Shown: piece by piece, positions 15,776 through 22,948 of the stretch
Layout: every line of letters begins with the position of its first letter
How positions within the stretch are numbered: the stretch's first letter is position 1
Sequence record: MN310543.1
Reading direction: 5' to 3' (one strand)
DNA: 24,000 bases
DNA from: Microbacterium phage ChickenKing
The notes under the pieces: generated by a model
What the model saw: the letters and a program-made list of their open reading frames with translations, nothing else
Databases searched by the model: none
What the model was told of the DNA's origin: nothing
Program-made: the position numbers and the translations under genes

Positions 15776-17437
15776 TTACTCCTGGGGCAGGTTGCGGATG
15801 ATCTTGAGCTCGGTGCTCAGGTAGTGCTGATTATTACCCATCTTCGTCTGGACCGCAAGCCTGAGCAGACCGGGGTTCTCTTCTTCCGGGTCTGCGAGGC
15901 TCATGATGAAGTCTGACCAGCCGTGCAGAGCCGTAGCACCGAGGATCTTCTCCTGGACGCTCTCGCCCTTCTCGAACTGACGCTTACGAGTGTGGTGGAT
16001 GAACATGATGGCACAGCCGGTCTTCTTGGCGATCTCGTTCTTCAGGTGCGCCAGGATCGCGTACATGTCCTTCTGGTCACTGACGTTCGCCTTACCGATG
16101 GCCATGCTGAGCGTGTCGATGATGGCCAGCTTCAGCCCGTGCTTCTGGATGGTCTTGTACAGCCGGTCCATGTCCTCGTCGGACGACAGGTCCATCGGCT
16201 GGAACACCGTGAACAGGTCCATCTCCCGGCCAGGGTGCCAGACCAGGTCGTCACCCTCCTGCCTGATGTGGCCTTCCCAGTGATACTGGAGCCGTCCACG
16301 GTCGTGGTTGATGAAGTGGTCCAGCCGGTGCGAGAAGAGCCACTCACCGTCCTCGAGCGAGAAGAAGCCGACAGGTGCCTTCTTCTGGACGCTGATGCCG
16401 AGCGGCTTGCGACCCGTTGCCAGCCCGAGAGCGATCTCCATGGCGACACGGGTCTTGCCTACCTTGGGAGCGGCCACCAGGAGACCACAGCCCTGCTCAG
16501 CGATGATGCCAGGGAGTACCCAGCGGATCGGCTTGCGGAGAACCGTGGCGAACTGACCAGCGCGGAGCATCTCCCACGGCTCGACCTCGGCCTCTTCGTC
16601 GTCCTCAGCGTCCTCAGAGACGCTCTCTGCGGCCTGCTTCTCGGGCTTGGCAGGTGCGGCGGCATAAGCCCGTGAGATGTCCTCCTTGAGACGCTCAGGC
16701 TCGTCCTTCCACTTGTTCCAGGCCGTGGCCTTGATGAGCTTGAACGTGAGGTCTTCCGGCAGACCCAGCTCGGAGGCGTTCCTGGCGAACTTCCACAGGA
16801 GCTTACTGCGGTCGCCGTAGGGGTCATCCTGCCCGAGCTCAGAGGCCAGCCCAGGAGCGAATCCGAGTCCCTTGGCCACACGGGTAAGGAGCTGGCCGCG
16901 CGAGTACTGCGTGCCCGGAGAGGACAGGATGCGACCGTGGAACGGCTTACGCTTGTGATGCCAGGTGCCAGGGACGCGGAGAAGCTGGCCGATGTCCACG
17001 CCGGACTTGTCGCCGCCGAGAGCCTGCGTCAGCATACCCATCAGGCCGTCCCGATGGTACTCGCTGGCAGGGATCGTGTCGCGCATCAGCCAGATCGCCT
17101 GCTTGTGGCCGGGGCTGGTCTCCCACATGTACGACGGCCGGAGCGCGTGCAGGAGCTTGTCGTCGTAGCTCTCATCGCAGTCCACCCAGAGCACGCGCTG
17201 TGCCGGGTACTGCTTCGCCTTCCTGCTGTCGGTGGAGCTAACAGCCGGGGTCCAGTACCAGTCCACGTCATCCCTGAGCTGAGGCAGGATGGGCTTCCTG
17301 GAATCGATGACCGCGCCTTCGCGGAACTTCTCTGCGTTCTTCTGGCCGATCTTGTAGATGTGGGGCACCCAGACACTTCCCTTGATGCCTGAGTGCCGCC
17401 ACACCTTACCGATCAGCTCGAGAGGGTTGATATCCAC
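15776..17437 (-). CDS. Primase-helicase-like protein: N-terminal RepB/PrimPol-like region fused to RepA/AAA_25-like ATPase
   Basis: 553 aa; N-terminal VLWVDCDESYDD…HKQAIWLM…DIGQLLRVPGTWHHK (RepB-primase style); C-terminal GLLVAAPKVGKTRVAMEIA (Walker A), LKLAIIDTLSMA (Walker B), AIMFIHHTRK. Confidence 0.82.
   Translation of the reverse strand: MDINPLELIGKVWRHSGIKGSVWVPHIYKIGQKNAEKFREGAVIDSRKPILPQLRDDVDWYWTPAVSSTDSRKAKQYPAQRVLWVDCDESYDDKLLHALRPSYMWETSPGHKQAIWLMRDTIPASEYHRDGLMGMLTQALGGDKSGVDIGQLLRVPGTWHHKRKPFHGRILSSPGTQYSRGQLLTRVAKGLGFAPGLASELGQDDPYGDRSKLLWKFARNASELGLPEDLTFKLIKATAWNKWKDEPERLKEDISRAYAAAPAKPEKQAAESVSEDAEDDEEAEVEPWEMLRAGQFATVLRKPIRWVLPGIIAEQGCGLLVAAPKVGKTRVAMEIALGLATGRKPLGISVQKKAPVGFFSLEDGEWLFSHRLDHFINHDRGRLQYHWEGHIRQEGDDLVWHPGREMDLFTVFQPMDLSSDEDMDRLYKTIQKHGLKLAIIDTLSMAIGKANVSDQKDMYAILAHLKNEIAKKTGCAIMFIHHTRKRQFEKGESVQEKILGATALHGWSDFIMSLADPEEENPGLLRLAVQTKMGNNQHYLSTELKIIRNLPQE
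15830..15858 (-). promoter_or_regulatory. Repeated promoter-like element P4 (TTGCGG-17-AATAAT)
   Basis: Minus strand AGGCTTGCGGtccagacgaagatgggtAATAATCAGC; within the 3' end of the primase-helicase gene, about 50 nt upstream of ATG 15773. Confidence 0.65.
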
Positions 17438-17706
17438 TCTACTACTTCCTGAGCCTTCGGGTCGTGGCTGACGAACGTCTTGCCGCCAGCCTCTCGGAAC
17501 TTCTTCATGTTGTACTGCTGTGCCTTCGAAGGCTTCTCTCTGGCAGTCTTCTTCGCCTCGATCGCGAAGAACCTACCATGAGCACAACCAAGGACGTCGG
17601 GGGTCCCCTTCTGCTGAAAGGAACCCCCGTGGGTACGCAGAGCGTAGACCCCGTCCATGGAGTTGAGAGTAGCCAACTGACGGCGGACTACCTCAGCCTC
17701 CTGCAT
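17413..17706 (-). CDS. VRR-NUC domain endonuclease
   Basis: 97 aa; GGSFQQKGTPDVLGCAHGRFFAIEAKKTAREKPSKAQ matches the PD-(D/E)xK VRR-NUC pattern. Confidence 0.88.
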   Translation of the reverse strand: MQEAEVVRRQLATLNSMDGVYALRTHGGSFQQKGTPDVLGCAHGRFFAIEAKKTAREKPSKAQQYNMKKFREAGGKTFVSHDPKAQEVVEWISTLSS

Positions 17707-17709
17707 TGG

Positions 17710-18534
17710 TCAGCGACGCTTGACGGTGCGCTTCGGAGCCGACTTGGCGGGAGCGGCCTTGCGCGTCGGACGCTTCGGGGCAGGCTCCTCGTCCTCCTCC
17801 TCGTCCTCGTCGTCGAAGTCGTCGTCCTCGTCCTCGAGCTCTTCGTCGTCGAGGTCATCCTCGTCTTCGTCGTCCTCGTCGTCGGAGGCCTCCTGCTCCT
17901 CCTCGATGAGCTCGATGAGCTCGGCCTTCTTGACACCGTCGGTGTCGATGCCGAGGCTCTTGGCGAGCTTGCGAAGCTCGGCGAGGGTCAGGGTCGAGAG
18001 GTCCTGCTCCTCATCCTCCTCGTCCTCATCCTCGTCGTCCTCCGGCTCGTCGTCGTAGTCCTCGTCGGCCTCGTCCTCGTCGCCCTCGTACTCGTCCTCG
18101 TCGTCCTCATCCGAGTCCGCGATGGAGCCGTCCTCGTCGAGGATGTCCAGGCCGTAGGTGCCCTGGATGACCGAGCGACCCGCGTACTGTGCGTTGGTCT
18201 CGTCCTCGACCTCGGCGGCGATGAACTTGCCGACCGGCGACTCGGGGTCGATGTTGAGCGCCTTCTTGGGGACGCTGACGCCAGCGGCCACGAGCAGGTC
18301 GCGGAGCTTCCAGAGCTGGTTCTGCTGGAGCTTGCAGTAGTACGGGAAGCGACGCGTCTTGTACTTGGCGTCGGCCGGGACGAGCGCGTACACGAGCATC
18401 GCCGTGCCGTCGCCAGCCTCGGTGACCTCGACCGCGTCGATCTTGACCTTGTGGATGCCCTCGGGCATCTGGCGCGTGTTCCAGCCAGAGCGCTCTTCGA
18501 CCTTGGAGAAGTCGAGACGGATCTTCTTTGCCAT
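17710..18534 (-). CDS. Putative ssDNA-binding protein (DUF669-like) with two acidic tracts and an embedded SAP/Rho_N-like motif
   Basis: 274 aa; N-terminal IPEGIHK-like start (MPEGIHKVKIDAVEVTEAGDGTAMLVYAL), Asp/Glu tracts flanking LSTLTLAELRKLAKSLGIDTDGVKKAELIELIEE; between Sak4-like and nuclease genes. Confidence 0.6.
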   Translation of the reverse strand: MAKKIRLDFSKVEERSGWNTRQMPEGIHKVKIDAVEVTEAGDGTAMLVYALVPADAKYKTRRFPYYCKLQQNQLWKLRDLLVAAGVSVPKKALNIDPESPVGKFIAAEVEDETNAQYAGRSVIQGTYGLDILDEDGSIADSDEDDEDEYEGDEDEADEDYDDEPEDDEDEDEEDEEQDLSTLTLAELRKLAKSLGIDTDGVKKAELIELIEEEQEASDDEDDEDEDDLDDEELEDEDDDFDDEDEEEDEEPAPKRPTRKAAPAKSAPKRTVKRR

Positions 18535-18566
18535 GATGGTTCTGCTTTCTTCTTGTGGGTTCTCGA

Positions 18567-19232
18567 CTAGCGGGTCCAGCCGAGAAGCTGGTTGAGACGG
18601 CCGATGGTCGGCGTCTTGAGATAGGGAGGCGTGCCGCTGTACTTCTTGCTCCGGGCACCGGCCACAATAGAGGAGGACGGGCCGAGCCAGAGCCGACGCA
18701 CCGGCTTGTCGTTGACGTGGGCGATGTACAGGCGACCGATCACGTCAGACATCTGCAGGAGCGCGCTGGCGGCTCCCGGGGAGAGGTCCACGGTGGTCAT
18801 GACGCCCGTGTCCTCGTCGTCATCCTCGGAGACCCAGTCCTCGTTCGGCAGGATGAGCTTCTCCTGAGCCAGCACGATGACCTCCTGCTTGGTCCCACGC
18901 AGTGCCCGGATGAGTGTGGCCATCGCGTTGTTCGCGGCACCGTAGTGTGCCTGGGAAGCAGGGCCTCCCTTGCTGGCCTCCGTGAGCATGACCCCGTGGA
19001 GGCTAGTGGCCGTGTCCACGACGATGCGCTGGTTCTTGGAGAGCGACGGCGAGTTGACGATCTTGTTGATGTTACGGGCACTCAGGTCCTCTTCGACCGT
19101 GAAGCCAGTCGTATCGATACCGATGAGACCCTGGTCAGCGCTGAAGATGATGGTCTTCCCCTTCGGCGCGTCCTTCAGTGCCAGCGTGGTCTTGCCGACC
19201 TTCGGCCGACCGTAGATGGTGTAGACGCTCAC
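18567..19232 (-). CDS. Sak4/RecA-like AAA ATPase (AAA_24)
   Basis: 221 aa; MSVYTIYGRPKVGKTTLALKDAP (Walker A), RIVVDTATSLHG; neighbouring Cas4-like nuclease. Confidence 0.82.
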   Translation of the reverse strand: MSVYTIYGRPKVGKTTLALKDAPKGKTIIFSADQGLIGIDTTGFTVEEDLSARNINKIVNSPSLSKNQRIVVDTATSLHGVMLTEASKGGPASQAHYGAANNAMATLIRALRGTKQEVIVLAQEKLILPNEDWVSEDDDEDTGVMTTVDLSPGAASALLQMSDVIGRLYIAHVNDKPVRRLWLGPSSSIVAGARSKKYSGTPPYLKTPTIGRLNQLLGWTR

Positions 19233-20395
19233 TTCTTCTTGCCCTTCTTCTTCTGGTTCGGGTAGTAGTCCAGCGGATCGCTGGTGGTCACGTACCGGGT
19301 ACGCTGTTCGATCTCGCTGTTACCGTGCATGAGGTCGGCCACGGTGAGGTCCTTGTAGTTGCACATGTAGCCGGAGCAGGCGTGCAGGTTACGCTCGACG
19401 CAGTCGGGGTCGTCCCATCGGTAGTTTAGCAGACGCTTGGCCGAAGTCACAAACGACTTGTGCTGGCGCTCTGCCTGCTCCGGAGTGAACTCCATACGGT
19501 CGCGGCGGAACGTGTCGGTGTAGTCGCGGTTCTCGAGCTCAACGAGGAACTCCTCGATGTAGGCACGCTCACCAGCGTCCTCGACTGCCAGCAACTCCTT
19601 GCCAGCGATGGTGCGGAGCCAGCCCTGCTCACGGAGCCACTCCTTGTAGACCGGGAGGGTCGTGCCCGACGGCTTGGTCACACGGCTCTGGACTCCCTTG
19701 GTCGTGAGCGTAGGCTTCTTGATGACCCCGGTCTTGCAGTAGTCGTAGATGAAGCCCTTCGGCTGAGGGAGAGGCTTGCCCTTGTAGCGCAGAGCCGAGT
19801 ACGACGGCGACTTGGCGACTGCCCACAGGTACGAGTAGTGCTGGAAGGCCAGCTCGCGGTAGCGCCACTCAGGGAGTGTGGCGTGAGTCTTGTGGTCACC
19901 GAGCCAGACGTCGCCGTTCTTGTCGATCCAGATGATGTCGATCCGGCCACGGTACAGCACCTTGCCACCGAACAGCGGTCGCTCGACGGTCAGCTCCACA
20001 GCGACCGGGGTGAGGTCCTCGTCACGGTAGACCCACTCGTAGGAGAGCATGATGTTGTAGCACTCCTCAGCCAGCGTGTCGACCTCCTCTTCGAACTGCT
20101 CGAGACGAGCCTTCTCCAGGAGCTCCTGGTGCTTCGCCTTCCAGTCTCCTCCGTTGCCCCGCTCCTCGAGCAGAGCGTGGACCCACGTACCACGGGTGAG
20201 AGGCTTGCTCTCGAGCCGGGGACGCAGTCCCAGGACGATCCCGTAGTACGTCTCCCGAGGGCACTCGACGAAGCCCGAGACCATGCTCTGCGTGATGACG
20301 AGCTTGCCATCGTCGGTCGTCGGCCACTTCCCGCGGAACTTCGGCTTCGTGCCGGTCGAGGGAAGCTGGCGTGCCTTGCCCTTAGAATTCCGCAA
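19229..20395 (-). CDS. Cas4/RecB-like PD-(D/E)XK nuclease with four-Cys cluster
   Basis: 388 aa from TTG 20395 (GGGGAGG 8 nt upstream); FVECPRETYYGIVLG, GRIDIIWIDKNGDVWLGDHKT, C-terminal CVERNLHACSGYMC. Confidence 0.85.
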   Translation of the reverse strand: MRNSKGKARQLPSTGTKPKFRGKWPTTDDGKLVITQSMVSGFVECPRETYYGIVLGLRPRLESKPLTRGTWVHALLEERGNGGDWKAKHQELLEKARLEQFEEEVDTLAEECYNIMLSYEWVYRDEDLTPVAVELTVERPLFGGKVLYRGRIDIIWIDKNGDVWLGDHKTHATLPEWRYRELAFQHYSYLWAVAKSPSYSALRYKGKPLPQPKGFIYDYCKTGVIKKPTLTTKGVQSRVTKPSGTTLPVYKEWLREQGWLRTIAGKELLAVEDAGERAYIEEFLVELENRDYTDTFRRDRMEFTPEQAERQHKSFVTSAKRLLNYRWDDPDCVERNLHACSGYMCNYKDLTVADLMHGNSEIEQRTRYVTTSDPLDYYPNQKKKGKKK

Positions 20396-22247
20396 GCGGC
20401 TCGCCTCCCCAGCAACGCGAGATCGTGACGTCTGCCTTGAGGAAGAATTTCCGTTCGAGACCATCATCAGCCCTTTCCATAGTCTCCTTGACGATTCTAC
20501 CAACCTTGCGTGCCGTCTTGTATGGGGCAGTCAGGCAGACGCTGTCGTGAACCGTGGTAATAAGTTTGGCACCCAGCGCGGGGAGGCGCAAGTCCTTGGC
20601 CAGTCGGCTAAGGGATATAAGCATGAAGTCCGATCCAGTTGACTGCACCGGAGAATTGATCGCCTGACGGAACGCGTTCTCCTGGACCCAGTAGTCCTCA
20701 TTGTAGACGCGGGGCAGGTGCCGGAATCGACCGAACTCATTGCGTACTCCGCCGTGCTCGATCGCCTCCTTCCTCTGCTTCCGGTACCACGGAGGCAGGC
20801 CAGCGAACGTCGTGAAGAACTCCTCACGGAAGGCTTCAGCTTCCTTCGGCGTAATCTTGACGCCATAGTTCTCGAACAGGTAGTCAGCGAAGTGCTTCGC
20901 GTGCATGCCGTACAGGAAGCCGAAGTTGACTCCCTTGGCCAGCGACCGGTGCTCCTTGGTCAGCTCCTGACCTCGCACGAGCCGCTTGGCCATATACGTG
21001 TGAATGTCCTCACCGGTCTCGAACAGCCGGAGCATCTCCCTGTCACCCGACATGACAGCCGCGACCCGAAGCTCGAGCTGGCTGAAGTCCACTTCGATCC
21101 ACGCCTGCCCGCGCTCTCCGAAGAGGTTGCGTGTGGCCTTGTCCCGCGGAATCTGCTGGGAGTTGAGGCCGCTCTTGTCGCCGGGGTCGGAGCTGGACAG
21201 CCTGCCAGTAACCGTGCCTGTGAGCTTGAAGCTGGTGGCGATCCTGCCGTCCTTGGTGCGCGTCTCGATCGGCACCAGGAAGCCGGTGAGCTGCTTGTAC
21301 AGTGTGGCCCGCCGAATCAGCAGGCGAGCGGCAGGATGGTCGATCTTGGCGAGGTTCTCGGATGCCAGCGAGGGCACTCCCTCCGGCCACACCTTGGACG
21401 GCTTGCCCCGTGCAGGACAGAGAGCACCCTGATACACGAAGAGCCACCACTTAGTCCAGTTCGTGTTGCCCCAATTGACCTTGGACTTCTTGAGGAAGTC
21501 AGGCCAGTGCTCCTTGTCAGGCACACTACGGTCGAGCTTCTTCTCGATCTCAGCGATCTCTGCCTCCACGCGCTCCCGGGTCTTCTTGACCATACCGAGG
21601 CGCACAGGCAGTCGGTTGTCCTCCATCTGGCGGAGAGCAGGGCTGGCGGGGAGCATGATCTCCCGCATGACGTAGACAGGGTTCTCCCCCGGCTTCAGGT
21701 TCTTCTTGATGTGCCGCCTCTGCCACTTGAGAAGCTCCCGAGTGACGTGCACGTCGGAGCCAGCGTAAATGCTGACGCGCTTCTTGCTGGCGGCGAACGC
21801 CTTCTTCGGGATGCTGGCCCGGTCCTCCCACTTCTGGCCGAACTCTTCGCCGAGGTTGGCTACGTTGTCGTCAGACCAGTCCTTGAATCCCAGCAGACGC
21901 TGTCCCAGGTCCTTGAGGCCGATGGGGTGATTCTCGTCGAGGAGATGGGCCATGAACATCGTGTCCCAGGTGACGCGCACCTTGGCACCGTGGGCCTCCA
22001 GCCAGCGGCAGTCGAACGGACTGTTGTGGGCCACACCATTCTTGATGCGAAGCTTGGCGATCTCTCCAGGAGTACGCGGCCACCAGACCATAACGTCGTC
22101 GCGGTCGTACGGTGCGAAGGCGATGCACAGAATCTGGCCGTTGGCGACAATGAGAGACGTGGTCTCGATGTCGAAGATGAGCGGGGCAGACGACTGTGCG
22201 AGGTACTCCTGGACCTCAGCCAAGTCGTCGGAGATAGTCAGATTCAC
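20382..22247 (-). CDS. DNA polymerase I-like protein (3'-5' exonuclease + polymerase)
   Basis: 621 aa; GTG start with AGGAG; IFDIETTSL (Exo I), WIEVDFSQLELRVAA (Pol A), RNLFG, INSPVQSTGSDFM, ITTVHDSVCL (Pol C). Confidence 0.96.
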   Translation of the reverse strand: MNLTISDDLAEVQEYLAQSSAPLIFDIETTSLIVANGQILCIAFAPYDRDDVMVWWPRTPGEIAKLRIKNGVAHNSPFDCRWLEAHGAKVRVTWDTMFMAHLLDENHPIGLKDLGQRLLGFKDWSDDNVANLGEEFGQKWEDRASIPKKAFAASKKRVSIYAGSDVHVTRELLKWQRRHIKKNLKPGENPVYVMREIMLPASPALRQMEDNRLPVRLGMVKKTRERVEAEIAEIEKKLDRSVPDKEHWPDFLKKSKVNWGNTNWTKWWLFVYQGALCPARGKPSKVWPEGVPSLASENLAKIDHPAARLLIRRATLYKQLTGFLVPIETRTKDGRIATSFKLTGTVTGRLSSSDPGDKSGLNSQQIPRDKATRNLFGERGQAWIEVDFSQLELRVAAVMSGDREMLRLFETGEDIHTYMAKRLVRGQELTKEHRSLAKGVNFGFLYGMHAKHFADYLFENYGVKITPKEAEAFREEFFTTFAGLPPWYRKQRKEAIEHGGVRNEFGRFRHLPRVYNEDYWVQENAFRQAINSPVQSTGSDFMLISLSRLAKDLRLPALGAKLITTVHDSVCLTAPYKTARKVGRIVKETMERADDGLERKFFLKADVTISRCWGGEPLAEF

Positions 22248-22288
22248 AGGTGGGACTCCTATGTGTGTGGAACGAGATGAAGTTGTGT

Positions 22289-22372
22289 TGGTGAACCAGC
22301 CGGGACTCGAACCCGGACTACCGTCTAGCGACTACCCTCGCCACGGTGCTCTGCCGATTGAGCTACTGGTCC
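22289..22372 (-). tRNA. Atypical tRNA / tRNA-like gene, isotype undetermined, encodes 3' CCA
   Basis: Minus strand GGACCAG-TA-GCTC-AATCGGCA-GAGC-A-[30 nt]-CCGGG-TTCGAGT-CCCGG-CTGGTTC-A-CCA; 7-bp acceptor, D and T arms canonical, anticodon/variable region 30 nt with no standard 5-bp/7-nt anticodon arm. Confidence 0.7.
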
Positions 22373-22380
22373 AGATGGCA

Positions 22381-22418
22381 GGACCCCTGGCACCGGATCG
22401 GGACAGTGCCAGGGGTCC
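22381..22418. terminator. Strong hairpin, probable terminator between the H1-like gene and tRNA/polymerase
   Basis: 13-bp perfect stem GGACCCCTGGCAC / GTGCCAGGGGTCC, 12-nt loop, just 3' of the minus-strand ORF ending at 22429. Confidence 0.72.
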
Positions 22419-22428
22419 ACACGGGTCG

Positions 22429-22848
22429 TCAGCGCTGGGGACGCTTGCGAGCCGTGGTCTTGGCGGCGGGCTTGGCGGCGGTCTTCGCCGGAGCCTTCTT
22501 CGCCGGAGCGGCCTTGGCCGGAGCCTTCGCCGGAGCCTTCTTGGCGGCGGGCTTCGCGGGAGCCTCGTCGGCCTTCGCGGGCTTCTCGATCTCCCAGCCC
22601 GTGGGAAGCTCGTCGACGTTCGCGATGGCGCGGTCGACCAGGTCGTCGAAGGAGCCGTCCTCGATCGCCTCGCTGAACGCCTGGAACGCGATGGCTCGCA
22701 TGGCCTTGTAGCGGTTCTTCTGGACGTCGATGCCGTGGGCCTCGATGACGCGGGCGATGCCCTCGTTGATGATCTGCTTGGTCGTCGGCTCGGCGGTCTC
22801 CGTCTCGAGCTCTTCGTCCAGGACAGCGGCGGTGTTCTTGGTGGCCAT
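22429..22848 (-). CDS. Histone H1/HupB-tail-like basic protein
   Basis: 139 aa from ATG 22848 (AAGGAGAACATCATG); C-terminal PAKKAPAKAPAKAAPAKKAPAKTAAKPAAKTTARKRPQR. Confidence 0.8.
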   Translation of the reverse strand: MATKNTAAVLDEELETETAEPTTKQIINEGIARVIEAHGIDVQKNRYKAMRAIAFQAFSEAIEDGSFDDLVDRAIANVDELPTGWEIEKPAKADEAPAKPAAKKAPAKAPAKAAPAKKAPAKTAAKPAAKTTARKRPQR

Positions 22849-22907
22849 GATGTTCTCCTTGATTGAGGCCTGATGTGTGGGTTGCTCGCTGTGCGCGAAC
22901 AAGTTGT

Positions 22908-22936
22908 ATTGTTGCTGATGTCGGGCAGGTGCGCAA
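22908..22936 (-). promoter_or_regulatory. Repeated promoter-like element P5 (TTGCGC-17-AACAAT)
   Basis: Minus strand GGGCTTGCGCacctgcccgacatcagcAACAATACAACTTGTTCG; 60 nt upstream of ATG 22848. Confidence 0.75.
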
Positions 22937-22948
22937 GCCCAAACCGAA

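Noticed and set aside
17790-18130. Simple-sequence (GAG/GAC)-rich tract, possibly a CRISPR or tandem array
   Set aside because: Irregular codon-level repetition encoding Asp/Glu; no uniform repeat-spacer structure. No CRISPR array seen anywhere in the window.
17464-18570. 368-aa plus-strand ORF opposite the acidic protein gene
   Set aside because: Antisense shadow of the D/E-rich minus-strand gene in high-GC DNA; the leucine/valine runs are complements of Asp/Glu codons, with no independent RBS support.
20373-20395. TTGCGG on the minus strand resembling the -35 half of the repeated promoter
   Set aside because: No A/T-rich hexamer 17-18 nt downstream (rc of tggcgt); it is simply the coding overlap of the polymerase end and nuclease start.
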